Positions 9,701 to 17,517 of a stretch of DNA of 39,517 nucleotides are shown piece after piece. A program made the translations under genes and the position numbers. The notes beneath the pieces are model-generated. The model searched no databases. It saw nothing but the letters and a program-made list of their open reading frames with translations, and was not told the DNA's origin. The number at the start of each line of letters is the position of its first letter. Position 1 is the first letter of the stretch. Source of the stretch: Deltaproteobacteria bacterium (GTDB taxonomy: Bacteria > JAEEML01); contig JAEEML010000133.1 of assembly GCA_016283195.1 (NCBI GenBank), forward strand, positions 1 to 39,517. Reading direction: 5' to 3'.

Positions 9701-12700
9701 GCTGAAAGCTTTGGTTATGAAGTCCCAATTAATAGCCTTTTTAACGAAAATTCTATAGCTCTTCTTGGTAGTTTAATAACCAGCGGTTCTTTAAAAAAGC
9801 ATCTTACTATTAAACACGAAGAGCGGGAAAAAGCGCCTGCTCCAATGGGTGAGCTGCGCCTTTTTACCCTGGAACAAACTGGGAAACTAGCTGATCTTAT
9901 ATTGCGAGTAACCATAGAGTTGCCAAGGGGTCTTGGAGCTGATGAGTTGCAAAATATAATAAGCAAGTTACTGGAGCGCCACCCAATTTTGGATGCCCAC
10001 TTTGTTTTGGAGGGCGGAGAACTTTGGCTTAAAAAGGGCCATTTTACCTCGGCCGATATTTTGCGGCCACATAAGCTGGAACCGCTACAGGGGCCGTTAT
10101 GGCAGGTTGAGCAATTTAGCCAGGATGGCAAAGAGTTACTAACACTAGCCATTCATCACATAATTACCGATAATTACTCGCAAAATATTTTGGGAGAAGA
10201 GGTGTCGGTTCTTTTGAAAGGGGAGAAATTGCCACCTGTTTCTCCTACTGCGTTTGATTATTTTGATTTTGCTGCCTGGCAAAAGGAGTGGCTTGCCGGG
10301 CAGGATATAAAACTTTTGGCGCAAAAAACAGCTAATAAGGCTATTCAGGTTGCACCGCTGGTTTTGCCGGAGGAATATTGCGGCCAAGGAGAAAACGGTA
10401 ATTATTATTTTGTATTTCAACCGCAACTAGTGAGAATTTTAGAGATTTATGCGCAGAATAAGCAAATTACCATGGCGCAGTTGTTACTGGCTCTCTGGGG
10501 CCTCTTTTTACGCCTAATATGCGGCAGCGAAAATTTCGCCATAACCACATTATTAAGTGGTCGGGAGATATTGGGTGCTAATTCCCTGATGGGTTATTTT
10601 GTAAACAGTTTTCCACTCTTTTTTATAAATGTGCGCCCCATATTGAGCGAGATTTTACCTTCGGCCAAAGAGGAACTGGAAGGCGCTTTGGCTAATGAGC
10701 TGATCCCATTTGAATATTTGTCGGCCAATTTGCCGGAGCAGACAACGCCTCTGAGTTCCTTTACCAATGTTGGCTTTAATGTGCTTTCTTATGCAGAAAT
10801 ACCCTTGGAAATTACTTCCGGTGGCCATAATACCTATTTTGATCTTGGGCTTAATATTGTGATAAACGGCCATAAAATAGGGGCCAATTTGGAATATAGC
10901 CATAGATGTTATCGTGATACTACTGCAGCATATCTAGCGGAATTATTTATAAAAGTGGCTCAAAAAGCCCTGGAAGAGCCGGAAAATGTAATATCTTTGG
11001 CAGATTTTGCCCCAATAGATTTGCCTGCACTTATTTCACCAGCGCCGCCGCTTTTACCGCAAAAATTGGCAGAAAGCGGGAAAAATAACGCTGCTCAGAT
11101 TGCCATTACCGCCAGCGGCAAAGAACTTACATATCAAGGACTTGCCGCCGCCGCTCTCGCTCTTGCTGCGCAGTTATCTACTTATGGGGTCAAAGCCGGT
11201 GACATAGTATTTACTATGCTCCCGCGTTCGGCCTACTATCCGGCCGCCCTTATGGCCATTTGGCAAATAGGCGCTATTTACTGGCCGCTCGATATTAATA
11301 ATGATGAGCCGCGCTTAAAGACACTCTGGGAAGATGTCTCTGGCGCCTGGCTGTTAGCTGAAAATATTCAGCCATATATTGCTAAAGAGCGCGCTATTGT
11401 GCCTGATTACAGCTATAGCGGTGCGCTGCCGGAATATGTTACTTCACCTAAAGATATTGCTTATATTATAAGTACATCCGGCTCTACCGGCCGGCCCAAG
11501 GGGGCGATGAATTATCATGAAGGTCTCGCGCGCCATGTGTCCGCCAAGATAGCTTCGCTGGGGCTAGGCAGTGGCGATAGAGTGCTGGCTACAGCGGCTT
11601 TTAGTTTTGATGTTTCTTTGTGGCAAATGCTGGCTCCTCTGGCAGTGGGCGGTCAGCTCTATATATCGCAAAAAACTACTCCGGTTTTTGACCTGGCCGG
11701 ACTCATAGAAGAGCTTTTAAGCTATGAAATTGATTACTTAGAACTGGTGCCCAGCCAGCTGGAGATGCTGGTAAAGTATCTGAATACATTGGAGAAAAAG
11801 CCAGAATTAAAGCTTAAAAAGCTCCTTTTGGTGGGGCAAATTCTTTATAAAAACCTGGCTGAAAGCTGGCTTAATATTTATCCAAAAATTCCGCTTTTAA
11901 ATGTCTATGGCCCTTCGGAATGTGCCGATAATGTAGCCGAGTGCCTAATAGAACAAAAACTATTAACTTCTTGGAATAATAATATTTTACCCATAGGCAA
12001 GCCACTTCCAGGCTGCCATTTGGCGATAGTTGATGAAGAAATGCGGCCGCTGCCGCCGCTCTGTCCCGGCGAGCTTCTTATTTGCGGGCCATTTGTCGGC
12101 GCCGGCTATTATAATAATCCAAGTCTTACGGCAAACTCTTTTGGCACTTATAACAATTTGCCCTGTTACCACACCGGTGATCTCGCTGTTAAAACTTTGG
12201 CAGGAGATTTTGTTTGCCTGGGGCGTAAAGATAGCCAAATAAAGCTGCGCGGCTACCGCCTGGAACTGGGGGAAATCGAAAGCCATTTGCGTGAAATCAA
12301 AGGAATTTTAGCCGCTGCAGTAATAGCTTCCGAGACTGGAGCCGCAATGCAGCTTAAAGCCTATATTGTGGCCGAAGAGGGGAGTAAACCAAGTCGCCAG
12401 GTTATAGTGCGGGAACTTGGGCAAGTGGTGCCATATTATATGATTCCTCAGGAATTTTATTTGGTTAAATCATTGCCATATCTGCCTAGTGGCAAACTTA
12501 ATCGCCGAGCTTTAGCCACTTTAAGAGGGGAGCTTTTATCCGGTAGCGGCGGGCGAAAACCAAAAGGCGAGGTAGAAGAAAAAATAGCAACTGTTATTAA
12601 TGATATTCTTAAAACGGATGAAGAGATAGATGCTGAAGCACCTCTTTTTAGCCTGGGAGTGGATAGCTTTATTTTGCTGACGCTCTTTACGCGACTAGAA

Positions 12701-13618
12701 TCTGTTTTTGGCCATCATCTTCCAGCCCGCCTTTTTGCTCCCGATACTACTATTGTGGCTCTGGCTGATAATATTTCGGAATTAAGCAATGTAGGAGGTG
12801 AAATACTTCCTCTGGCATCTTATCGCCTTTTGGACGAGGCCGATTATCAGCTTATTCGGAATTTTTATCATACTCTGCCGCTTAAAGAAAAACTCCTTTT
12901 TCCCCAGCCCCTCCGCGAAAACGGCAAAAGCCTTATTAGTAAGGCACGTTACCTAGAACTTTTAAATAAAAACCAACTTCTCTTATTGGCTGTTTTGGAT
13001 CAAGCCGGCGAGCTTATCGGCTTTTCCTCTTATGCCGAAAATGCCCCGCAAATAGCCGTAAAAGAAGGAGTTTGGGCCACTCATCCGCCGACTTTGCAAG
13101 ATTTTCATTATCTTATTCCCAAGTGGCGCGGGCACATTCTTAAGCTTCCGGATTTTGTTGAATTTTTGCGCCAAAATGGCGTTGATAATGTTAAAGCGGC
13201 CGGGCGCCCGCATAGCACCGGCCTGATTGTAAAGCCGGAGATTCACCGCTACCAAGCGCGCCTTATTGCCGCCAGTATGACCAGCGACGGGCGGGCAGAA
13301 GAGGAGCTTTATAAGGCCCTCTTGCGCGAAGAGTCTTGGGCTCTTAAAGAAGCAGCTGGTTTCCCGGCAGAAATTTCCTGGCAAAAGCGCTATTTGCATC
13401 TCGTAAAGGGCAATAATTTTGCCGCCCGGCCCATAGAAGAATTTATTTCCGTACATGGTGACAGCGAGAGCCTTTTGGCGCTAAAGCCGCTGATAAATCC
13501 CCATTATCTTTTTACTTTTACTGCGGCCAGAGAGCGGGTTATGCGCGGTGAGCAGGAGTATGTGGGCCTCTCATTTTTCCACTTTGAGCCGCTCTTTTTG
13601 GGGGCGATTAATCTTTAA
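6737..13618 (+). CDS. Two-module NRPS (C-A-T-C-A-T) with an unassigned ~275-aa C-terminal domain
   Basis: C1 HHIIGD. A1 YTSGSTGKPK, YTGD, KFRGYRVELAEIE, PSGKLDR. T1 LGGSSL. C2 HHIITD. A2 STSGSTGRPKG, HTGD, KLRGYRLELGEIE, PSGKLNR. T2 LGVDSF. ATGA overlap with the PKS stop. Confidence 0.93.
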   Translation: MSLENLTELLDKYKTSLAEKNTMSPQLFPATPQQKAIWAIEQYQDKHSLYLARRFVVTGHFAANELEKLCLTIIHEEPILRTVFTYKNGVLYQYVSSDFNFSVTHKVFENNAEVTSYWNFFREQKANLFQGPLWEIALIDCVGEQQLFFKLHHIIGDAYSAHYFIKRLAEIAEGVPPKKHKSTYFDYAKELNSKKSLLEKKSYEVLNSVIAREPLVLPFAHDAANNISLKRYAFKWNNNLILSLRRLARESSATLSALYLAAWSMLLARISGQNKFAISMNYHGRYDKSYAQTLGVFTTLLPLLIDYDDMPIAAFFKKICSLQSEAENKAISIDMLLELAEKQEELNVLQRVSSIDFNIILGNTSKFKIASHMLTAIAEEELIDAISLGLQLLPQSDESLVLSLVYDANAYCEKHITYIAELLTSIVKELPIAQSTGDILTQNLPVLPSYTPHPTIVELIARQVEKSPDSVALIHGNFCVTYRELWDKATIWAERLWQLGARPQGLVVTFRAVDIEQVAIILAIWRLGAYYLPLDFYNQRPLLAELDFLGEPFVLINNEDVLPNITTYTHEENWPKPSDKAYLIYTSGSTGKPKAAINTHMGLSAQIIGKCERLGLTGQDNMAFSSSLAFDVTFFQLFSELTIGGRVTILEHATPIFDPNALLSEIITYAVTVLPLVPSQLEILCIRGSHELWQKIKLKILILSGERFPTYLAKKWRNLYHHGVIWNFYGVTECSDDVSAQLIDENILTNWRHDTLPAGTPFRDAYVDVVDNCHRLLKPLCPGEILIRGPFVGLGYQNDPQRTALSFKKEGYYTGDIGYKDLDGNLVYMGRGDSLVKFRGYRVELAEIERALQNQEGVFLAAVSLVKYGNEQFIRAHLVPQNGIKLNATVIIKGLLTVLPNYMLPKELISCPTLPYLPSGKLDRQALATWPGEKLAIASGRAPQGEVEKKLADIFKEILHLDSEIDAEASFLELGGSSLSMLELKNRLAESFGYEVPINSLFNENSIALLGSLITSGSLKKHLTIKHEEREKAPAPMGELRLFTLEQTGKLADLILRVTIELPRGLGADELQNIISKLLERHPILDAHFVLEGGELWLKKGHFTSADILRPHKLEPLQGPLWQVEQFSQDGKELLTLAIHHIITDNYSQNILGEEVSVLLKGEKLPPVSPTAFDYFDFAAWQKEWLAGQDIKLLAQKTANKAIQVAPLVLPEEYCGQGENGNYYFVFQPQLVRILEIYAQNKQITMAQLLLALWGLFLRLICGSENFAITTLLSGREILGANSLMGYFVNSFPLFFINVRPILSEILPSAKEELEGALANELIPFEYLSANLPEQTTPLSSFTNVGFNVLSYAEIPLEITSGGHNTYFDLGLNIVINGHKIGANLEYSHRCYRDTTAAYLAELFIKVAQKALEEPENVISLADFAPIDLPALISPAPPLLPQKLAESGKNNAAQIAITASGKELTYQGLAAAALALAAQLSTYGVKAGDIVFTMLPRSAYYPAALMAIWQIGAIYWPLDINNDEPRLKTLWEDVSGAWLLAENIQPYIAKERAIVPDYSYSGALPEYVTSPKDIAYIISTSGSTGRPKGAMNYHEGLARHVSAKIASLGLGSGDRVLATAAFSFDVSLWQMLAPLAVGGQLYISQKTTPVFDLAGLIEELLSYEIDYLELVPSQLEMLVKYLNTLEKKPELKLKKLLLVGQILYKNLAESWLNIYPKIPLLNVYGPSECADNVAECLIEQKLLTSWNNNILPIGKPLPGCHLAIVDEEMRPLPPLCPGELLICGPFVGAGYYNNPSLTANSFGTYNNLPCYHTGDLAVKTLAGDFVCLGRKDSQIKLRGYRLELGEIESHLREIKGILAAAVIASETGAAMQLKAYIVAEEGSKPSRQVIVRELGQVVPYYMIPQEFYLVKSLPYLPSGKLNRRALATLRGELLSGSGGRKPKGEVEEKIATVINDILKTDEEIDAEAPLFSLGVDSFILLTLFTRLESVFGHHLPARLFAPDTTIVALADNISELSNVGGEILPLASYRLLDEADYQLIRNFYHTLPLKEKLLFPQPLRENGKSLISKARYLELLNKNQLLLLAVLDQAGELIGFSSYAENAPQIAVKEGVWATHPPTLQDFHYLIPKWRGHILKLPDFVEFLRQNGVDNVKAAGRPHSTGLIVKPEIHRYQARLIAASMTSDGRAEEELYKALLREESWALKEAAGFPAEISWQKRYLHLVKGNNFAARPIEEFISVHGDSESLLALKPLINPHYLFTFTAARERVMRGEQEYVGLSFFHFEPLFLGAINL

Positions 13619-14765
13619 TCAGGCTAGCAAAAAGGCGCGTATATTCTTTTACCTGTTTTTCCAGGGCAAAGCGCTCATTAAATGTGATAAGGCTCTGGTG
13701 ACTTAGCCTTTCTCTAAGCGCCTTATTTTTGGCCAGTTTTATCATGGCGGCACTAAGTGCTTCCGGGCTGTCGTCGCATAAAAGCGCTTCATGCGGCAAG
13801 AGCAGCTGCGAGAGGCTCTTTTTGAGGCCGATAACCGGAGTGCCAGCCCGCAAAGCCTGCAAAACTTTGATGGGAAAACCGAAAGAGGCGCTGCGTGGCA
13901 CTACCAGAGCCAAAGCGTTATTTAATAAATCTACCATTAAGCGCTGATTATTAAGCGGAATATAGCGACCGCCGCTTTTTAAGAACTCTTTGGGAGGCGG
14001 CGCGGAGGTTAAAAATATGAGCCTGCATTTTGGCAGGCTTTTTTGCACTAAGGCAAAGGCTTTGGCCAAAAGTGCAAGATTTTGATAACTGTCGCAGTTG
14101 CCGGTGTAGAGAAAATAGGGCGCTTCCGGCACCTTATAAGGTTGCTCTTTAGGCTCTTTTTGCCAAAAGAGGTCCGGCGGCTCTTTGGCCAAAAGGCCGG
14201 GCGGAATAATGGCAATTTTTTCTTCCGGCACAAAATGAGCGCTTAAAAGGTCGGTTTGCGTTTGGCTAAAGAGCAGAATTTTAGCCGCCATGGCCGGCAA
14301 AAAATCGAGAGCCTTGCCGCCAAAGCGGGCGAGCAATTTGCTTTCAAACGAGCTAAAATAGTGTGGCAGTTCTTCACTCATTACATTATGTGCATGATAT
14401 AACACGGGAATATTGGCCATAAAACCAATTAAAAGCCCTAAAACAAGAGCTTCGTAATTATGCACATATAAAAGCTCGGGGCGTTTTTGTGCGAGCTCGC
14501 TAAGGGTGTTTTTTAAAAGTAAAATATCCTGTCCGGCCTTGGCTACAGAAGGGCCGGAGCGCAAAATTTTGCCTTGCCCCCGGTTGATAGCGGTGAGACG
14601 GCCATCGGCAATGGGATAAGTTAAAAAAGTAATGTCGTGTCCGGCTTTTTTTAAAGCATAAACCAAACTGCCGATAAAGACTTGCGAGCCCTGAGGTGTG
14701 GGGTAGGGCATGGCGGCCAAAACGGCTATTCTGTATTTTTTAGCGGCAATACTAGCCATCGTCAT
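13608..14765 (-). CDS. Glycosyltransferase family 4 (GT-B) protein
   Basis: N-terminal IAVLAAMPYPTPQGSQ, YVHNYE and YHAHN, then LYTGN..YQN and VPRSASFGFPIKVLQALRAGTPVI in the donor-binding region. Overlaps the radical SAM gene. Confidence 0.87.
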   Translation of the reverse strand: MTMASIAAKKYRIAVLAAMPYPTPQGSQVFIGSLVYALKKAGHDITFLTYPIADGRLTAINRGQGKILRSGPSVAKAGQDILLLKNTLSELAQKRPELLYVHNYEALVLGLLIGFMANIPVLYHAHNVMSEELPHYFSSFESKLLARFGGKALDFLPAMAAKILLFSQTQTDLLSAHFVPEEKIAIIPPGLLAKEPPDLFWQKEPKEQPYKVPEAPYFLYTGNCDSYQNLALLAKAFALVQKSLPKCRLIFLTSAPPPKEFLKSGGRYIPLNNQRLMVDLLNNALALVVPRSASFGFPIKVLQALRAGTPVIGLKKSLSQLLLPHEALLCDDSPEALSAAMIKLAKNKALRERLSHQSLITFNERFALEKQVKEYTRLFASLIKD

Positions 14766-17343
14766 CCCCGGATAAATCTAAGAAAACAGGCAAATTTTCA
14801 GCAGTTTTTTGGGCTACAGGCCGCCCTTTGGAGCTAATGGCCACATCGACTTTTTTCGTTAAAAGCACATCGGCCGGAGTTAGGCCGATAAGAGCGAGCA
14901 TCTCACTCATTCTCAGGCCGCTGTCGCGGTAACTATTCATGGTGTAAGTTAAAACATTATCTTTTAAACTTAGGGCATTTATAAAAATGCGGGCATCAAT
15001 GAGGCGCTTTTTGCCCTTGCGCGTAATCATGACCCCGAGGTGCGGCGCATTAAGTACCGCGCTTATGGCCGTATGCAAACTCGCCAAATCCACGGCCTGG
15101 CTTAAGGTGAGGGCATAGCGGGTAGCGGCCACCGCCTCGCAGGCCGGGCTGTCGCCGGTTTCGAGAGGCCAAACGGCCAGGGGCACCAAATCTTCGGGCA
15201 AAGTGGCCTTTAATCTGGCCAAAATATCAGCCGAACTTACATATTCTCTCAGGCCGATATCAACGAGTTCGGCCTCACTAAAGACGCCCAGAGAGAGAGC
15301 CGGCCCAAAGCCGATGCGCGGGCTGGGGTGGTGGCCGCCGCTCATGGTAAGCGGTAAGCCGGCGCGGCGCATGGCCTGTGTTAAGTGGGTTACGGTCTCC
15401 AAATGGCCGAGTAGGGCGGCCCGGCCCCGCTTGGCATAGCGCAGGCGCACCAAATAGGCGATAGCTTCGCCATCTATTTGGCCTTCTTGGGTCTGCTCAG
15501 CCTCTACTTCTCCGGCGGCCTCTTCTTCGGCTTTATCGCGCTGTAACATTTCGTTTTGCCATTTGGTGCAGAGGCCGCCGATGGTGGCTTCGGCTTTTAG
15601 GGCCTTTTGATATTCTTTGCGCAAATAGCCGGCCGGCACCGCGCTTATCAGGTGTTCCCAGGGGAGAGTTTCATCTAAAACGCGCTCGCCCAAATAGGTA
15701 GCGAGGTCCGGCACTTCCGCCGGCCACTCATTAAGGGCCTTTTCCCAGGCCTCGCGCTTAAAATGCTCTGTCCAGTTGTCTAAATAGGCGCCGCTATCGA
15801 GAGCGCTTAACAGTATGGCGGAAAGGCGCCTGTCGCCACGGGAGAAGAGGCCTTCCAAAAGGGCCTGATCGCCCTGTGAATAGCTGAGGCGCACTTCGCG
15901 CATGGGTTTAATAGCCTCTTTTAAGAGCTTAAAGCGGCGCTCCAATTCGCTGCCCGTTACCTGGGCGGCATATTGAAAAGGAGTGTGAGCTTTGGGGATA
16001 AAAGCGGCGCAGCTTATCTCAATATTAAGGCGCTTTTTGGTGGAGCGCAGCACTTTGCGCACCAGCTCGGCAATGGCCAGAATGTCCTCATCGGTCTCGG
16101 TGGGCAGGCCCAGCATAAAATAAAATTTAAGGCGCTGCCAACCGGCATCTATAGCACTTTTTACCGCTGTAAAGAGCTCCTCTTCGCTGTTGCCCTTATT
16201 GATAACGCGGCGCATACGCTCTGTTGCCGCCTCCGGAGCCATGGTAAAGCCGGTGCGCCGGCCGCTGGCGGCAATGGCCCGCGCTACTTTGGGGCGCAAA
16301 CTCTCCAGGCGCAAAGAGGGCAGGGAGACAGCAATACCCAGCTCATGGCCCCACTCGGTTAAGCTGGTGATGATTTCCTCTATTTGCGGATGGTCGGCTG
16401 CCGATAGCGAGAGCAATCCCACCTCTTCCTGGCCGCTCTCTTTGACGCCGATTTTGGCCCGCTCCAGCACCTCCTGTGCCGAGCGGTGGCGCACCGGCCG
16501 ATAGAGCATACCGGCAGCGCAAAAGCGGCAACCGTGGTCGCAGCCGCGCTGAATTTCTACTGTCACTCTGTCATGTACCGGGCGGGCCCAGGGGATGATA
16601 TTCACCGGCAGCGGCGCCTTTGATAAATCCTTTAAGCGGCGGGCTTTAACCAGTGGCGGCGCTATTTTTTCGCCCTCGCCATTAGTCCAAAAGTCCACAT
16701 AAAGCCCAGCATAGTGGGGCTTTGCAGCATTGGGTAGATATACGCCTTTTATGCCCGAAAGGCCGCTTAGGCGCTCTTTCCTGGAGAGCCCTTTTTTCTT
16801 GGCCGCCAGTAAATAAGCGGAAATTTCCAAATTCAGCTCTTCGCCATCGCCCAGTAAAAAGGCATCCATAAAAGGAGCGAGAGGCTCGGCATTAAAAGCT
16901 TGCAAACCGCCGGCCACGATGAGCGGCGCCTCTTCGCCGCGCTCAGCCGGATTAAGGGCAATGCCGCCCAGGCGGAGCATAGTGAGCACAGTGCTGTAGC
17001 ACATTTCATGGGGCAGGCTAAAGCCCACTATGTCAAATTCGTTAAGCGGGCGCAGAGTTTCCAGCGACCAAAGGGGCCAATTGGCCTCTTTTATAGCCAT
17101 TAATAAATCTGGCCAGGGCGCATAAACGCGCTCGGCGGCGCACTCATCTTTACTGTTTATGGCTTTATAAAGTATTTTTAGGCCGAGGTAACTTTCGGCC
17201 GTTTCATAGATATCCGGGAAACAGAGAGCCCAGCGCAAAGCGGCCTCTTCCTTAGGCATAGAGCCCACTTCGCCGCCAATATAGCGAGCCGGTTTTTCCA
17301 CATTTTTTAAAATAGCGTTTAGCGCTTCCGGACTTATGCGCAT
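14752..17343 (-). CDS. TIGR03960-family B12-binding radical SAM protein fused to a TIGR03936 (DUF2344) radical SAM-linked domain
   Basis: VEKPARYIGGE, FPDIYE, AAERVYAPWPD and CxxxCxxC (RGCDHGCRFC), then TMAPEAATERMR. C-terminal RLRYAKRG...GHLE...GHHPSPRIGFGPALSLG. Confidence 0.92.
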   Translation of the reverse strand: MRISPEALNAILKNVEKPARYIGGEVGSMPKEEAALRWALCFPDIYETAESYLGLKILYKAINSKDECAAERVYAPWPDLLMAIKEANWPLWSLETLRPLNEFDIVGFSLPHEMCYSTVLTMLRLGGIALNPAERGEEAPLIVAGGLQAFNAEPLAPFMDAFLLGDGEELNLEISAYLLAAKKKGLSRKERLSGLSGIKGVYLPNAAKPHYAGLYVDFWTNGEGEKIAPPLVKARRLKDLSKAPLPVNIIPWARPVHDRVTVEIQRGCDHGCRFCAAGMLYRPVRHRSAQEVLERAKIGVKESGQEEVGLLSLSAADHPQIEEIITSLTEWGHELGIAVSLPSLRLESLRPKVARAIAASGRRTGFTMAPEAATERMRRVINKGNSEEELFTAVKSAIDAGWQRLKFYFMLGLPTETDEDILAIAELVRKVLRSTKKRLNIEISCAAFIPKAHTPFQYAAQVTGSELERRFKLLKEAIKPMREVRLSYSQGDQALLEGLFSRGDRRLSAILLSALDSGAYLDNWTEHFKREAWEKALNEWPAEVPDLATYLGERVLDETLPWEHLISAVPAGYLRKEYQKALKAEATIGGLCTKWQNEMLQRDKAEEEAAGEVEAEQTQEGQIDGEAIAYLVRLRYAKRGRAALLGHLETVTHLTQAMRRAGLPLTMSGGHHPSPRIGFGPALSLGVFSEAELVDIGLREYVSSADILARLKATLPEDLVPLAVWPLETGDSPACEAVAATRYALTLSQAVDLASLHTAISAVLNAPHLGVMITRKGKKRLIDARIFINALSLKDNVLTYTMNSYRDSGLRMSEMLALIGLTPADVLLTKKVDVAISSKGRPVAQKTAENLPVFLDLSGDDDG

Positions 17344-17429
17344 TAAAAACCTCCCTTTGCCCAGAGGGCGGGCGTTACCCTAGCAGAATAGCTAATTAGC
17401 TTCAATAAGTTGCCTTTTCATTTTTTCCA

Positions 17430-17458
17430 TTGCCCGCAGCTATTCTTTAACCTATAAC
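17430..17458 (+). promoter_or_regulatory. Candidate sigma70 promoter of the MFS gene
   Basis: TTGCCC-N17-TATAAC, with an AGGAG RBS before ATG 17518. Confidence 0.4.
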
Positions 17459-17517
17459 CCTTTTCCCGTAGTACCCTGGAGGGCGCTATAAATAATTATG
17501 ATTTTAGGAGAGATATA

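Noticed and set aside
4670-13620. PKS-NRPS region as a mobile genomic island
   Set aside because: No integrase, transposase, tRNA or flanking direct repeats were seen. Only base composition hints at foreign origin.
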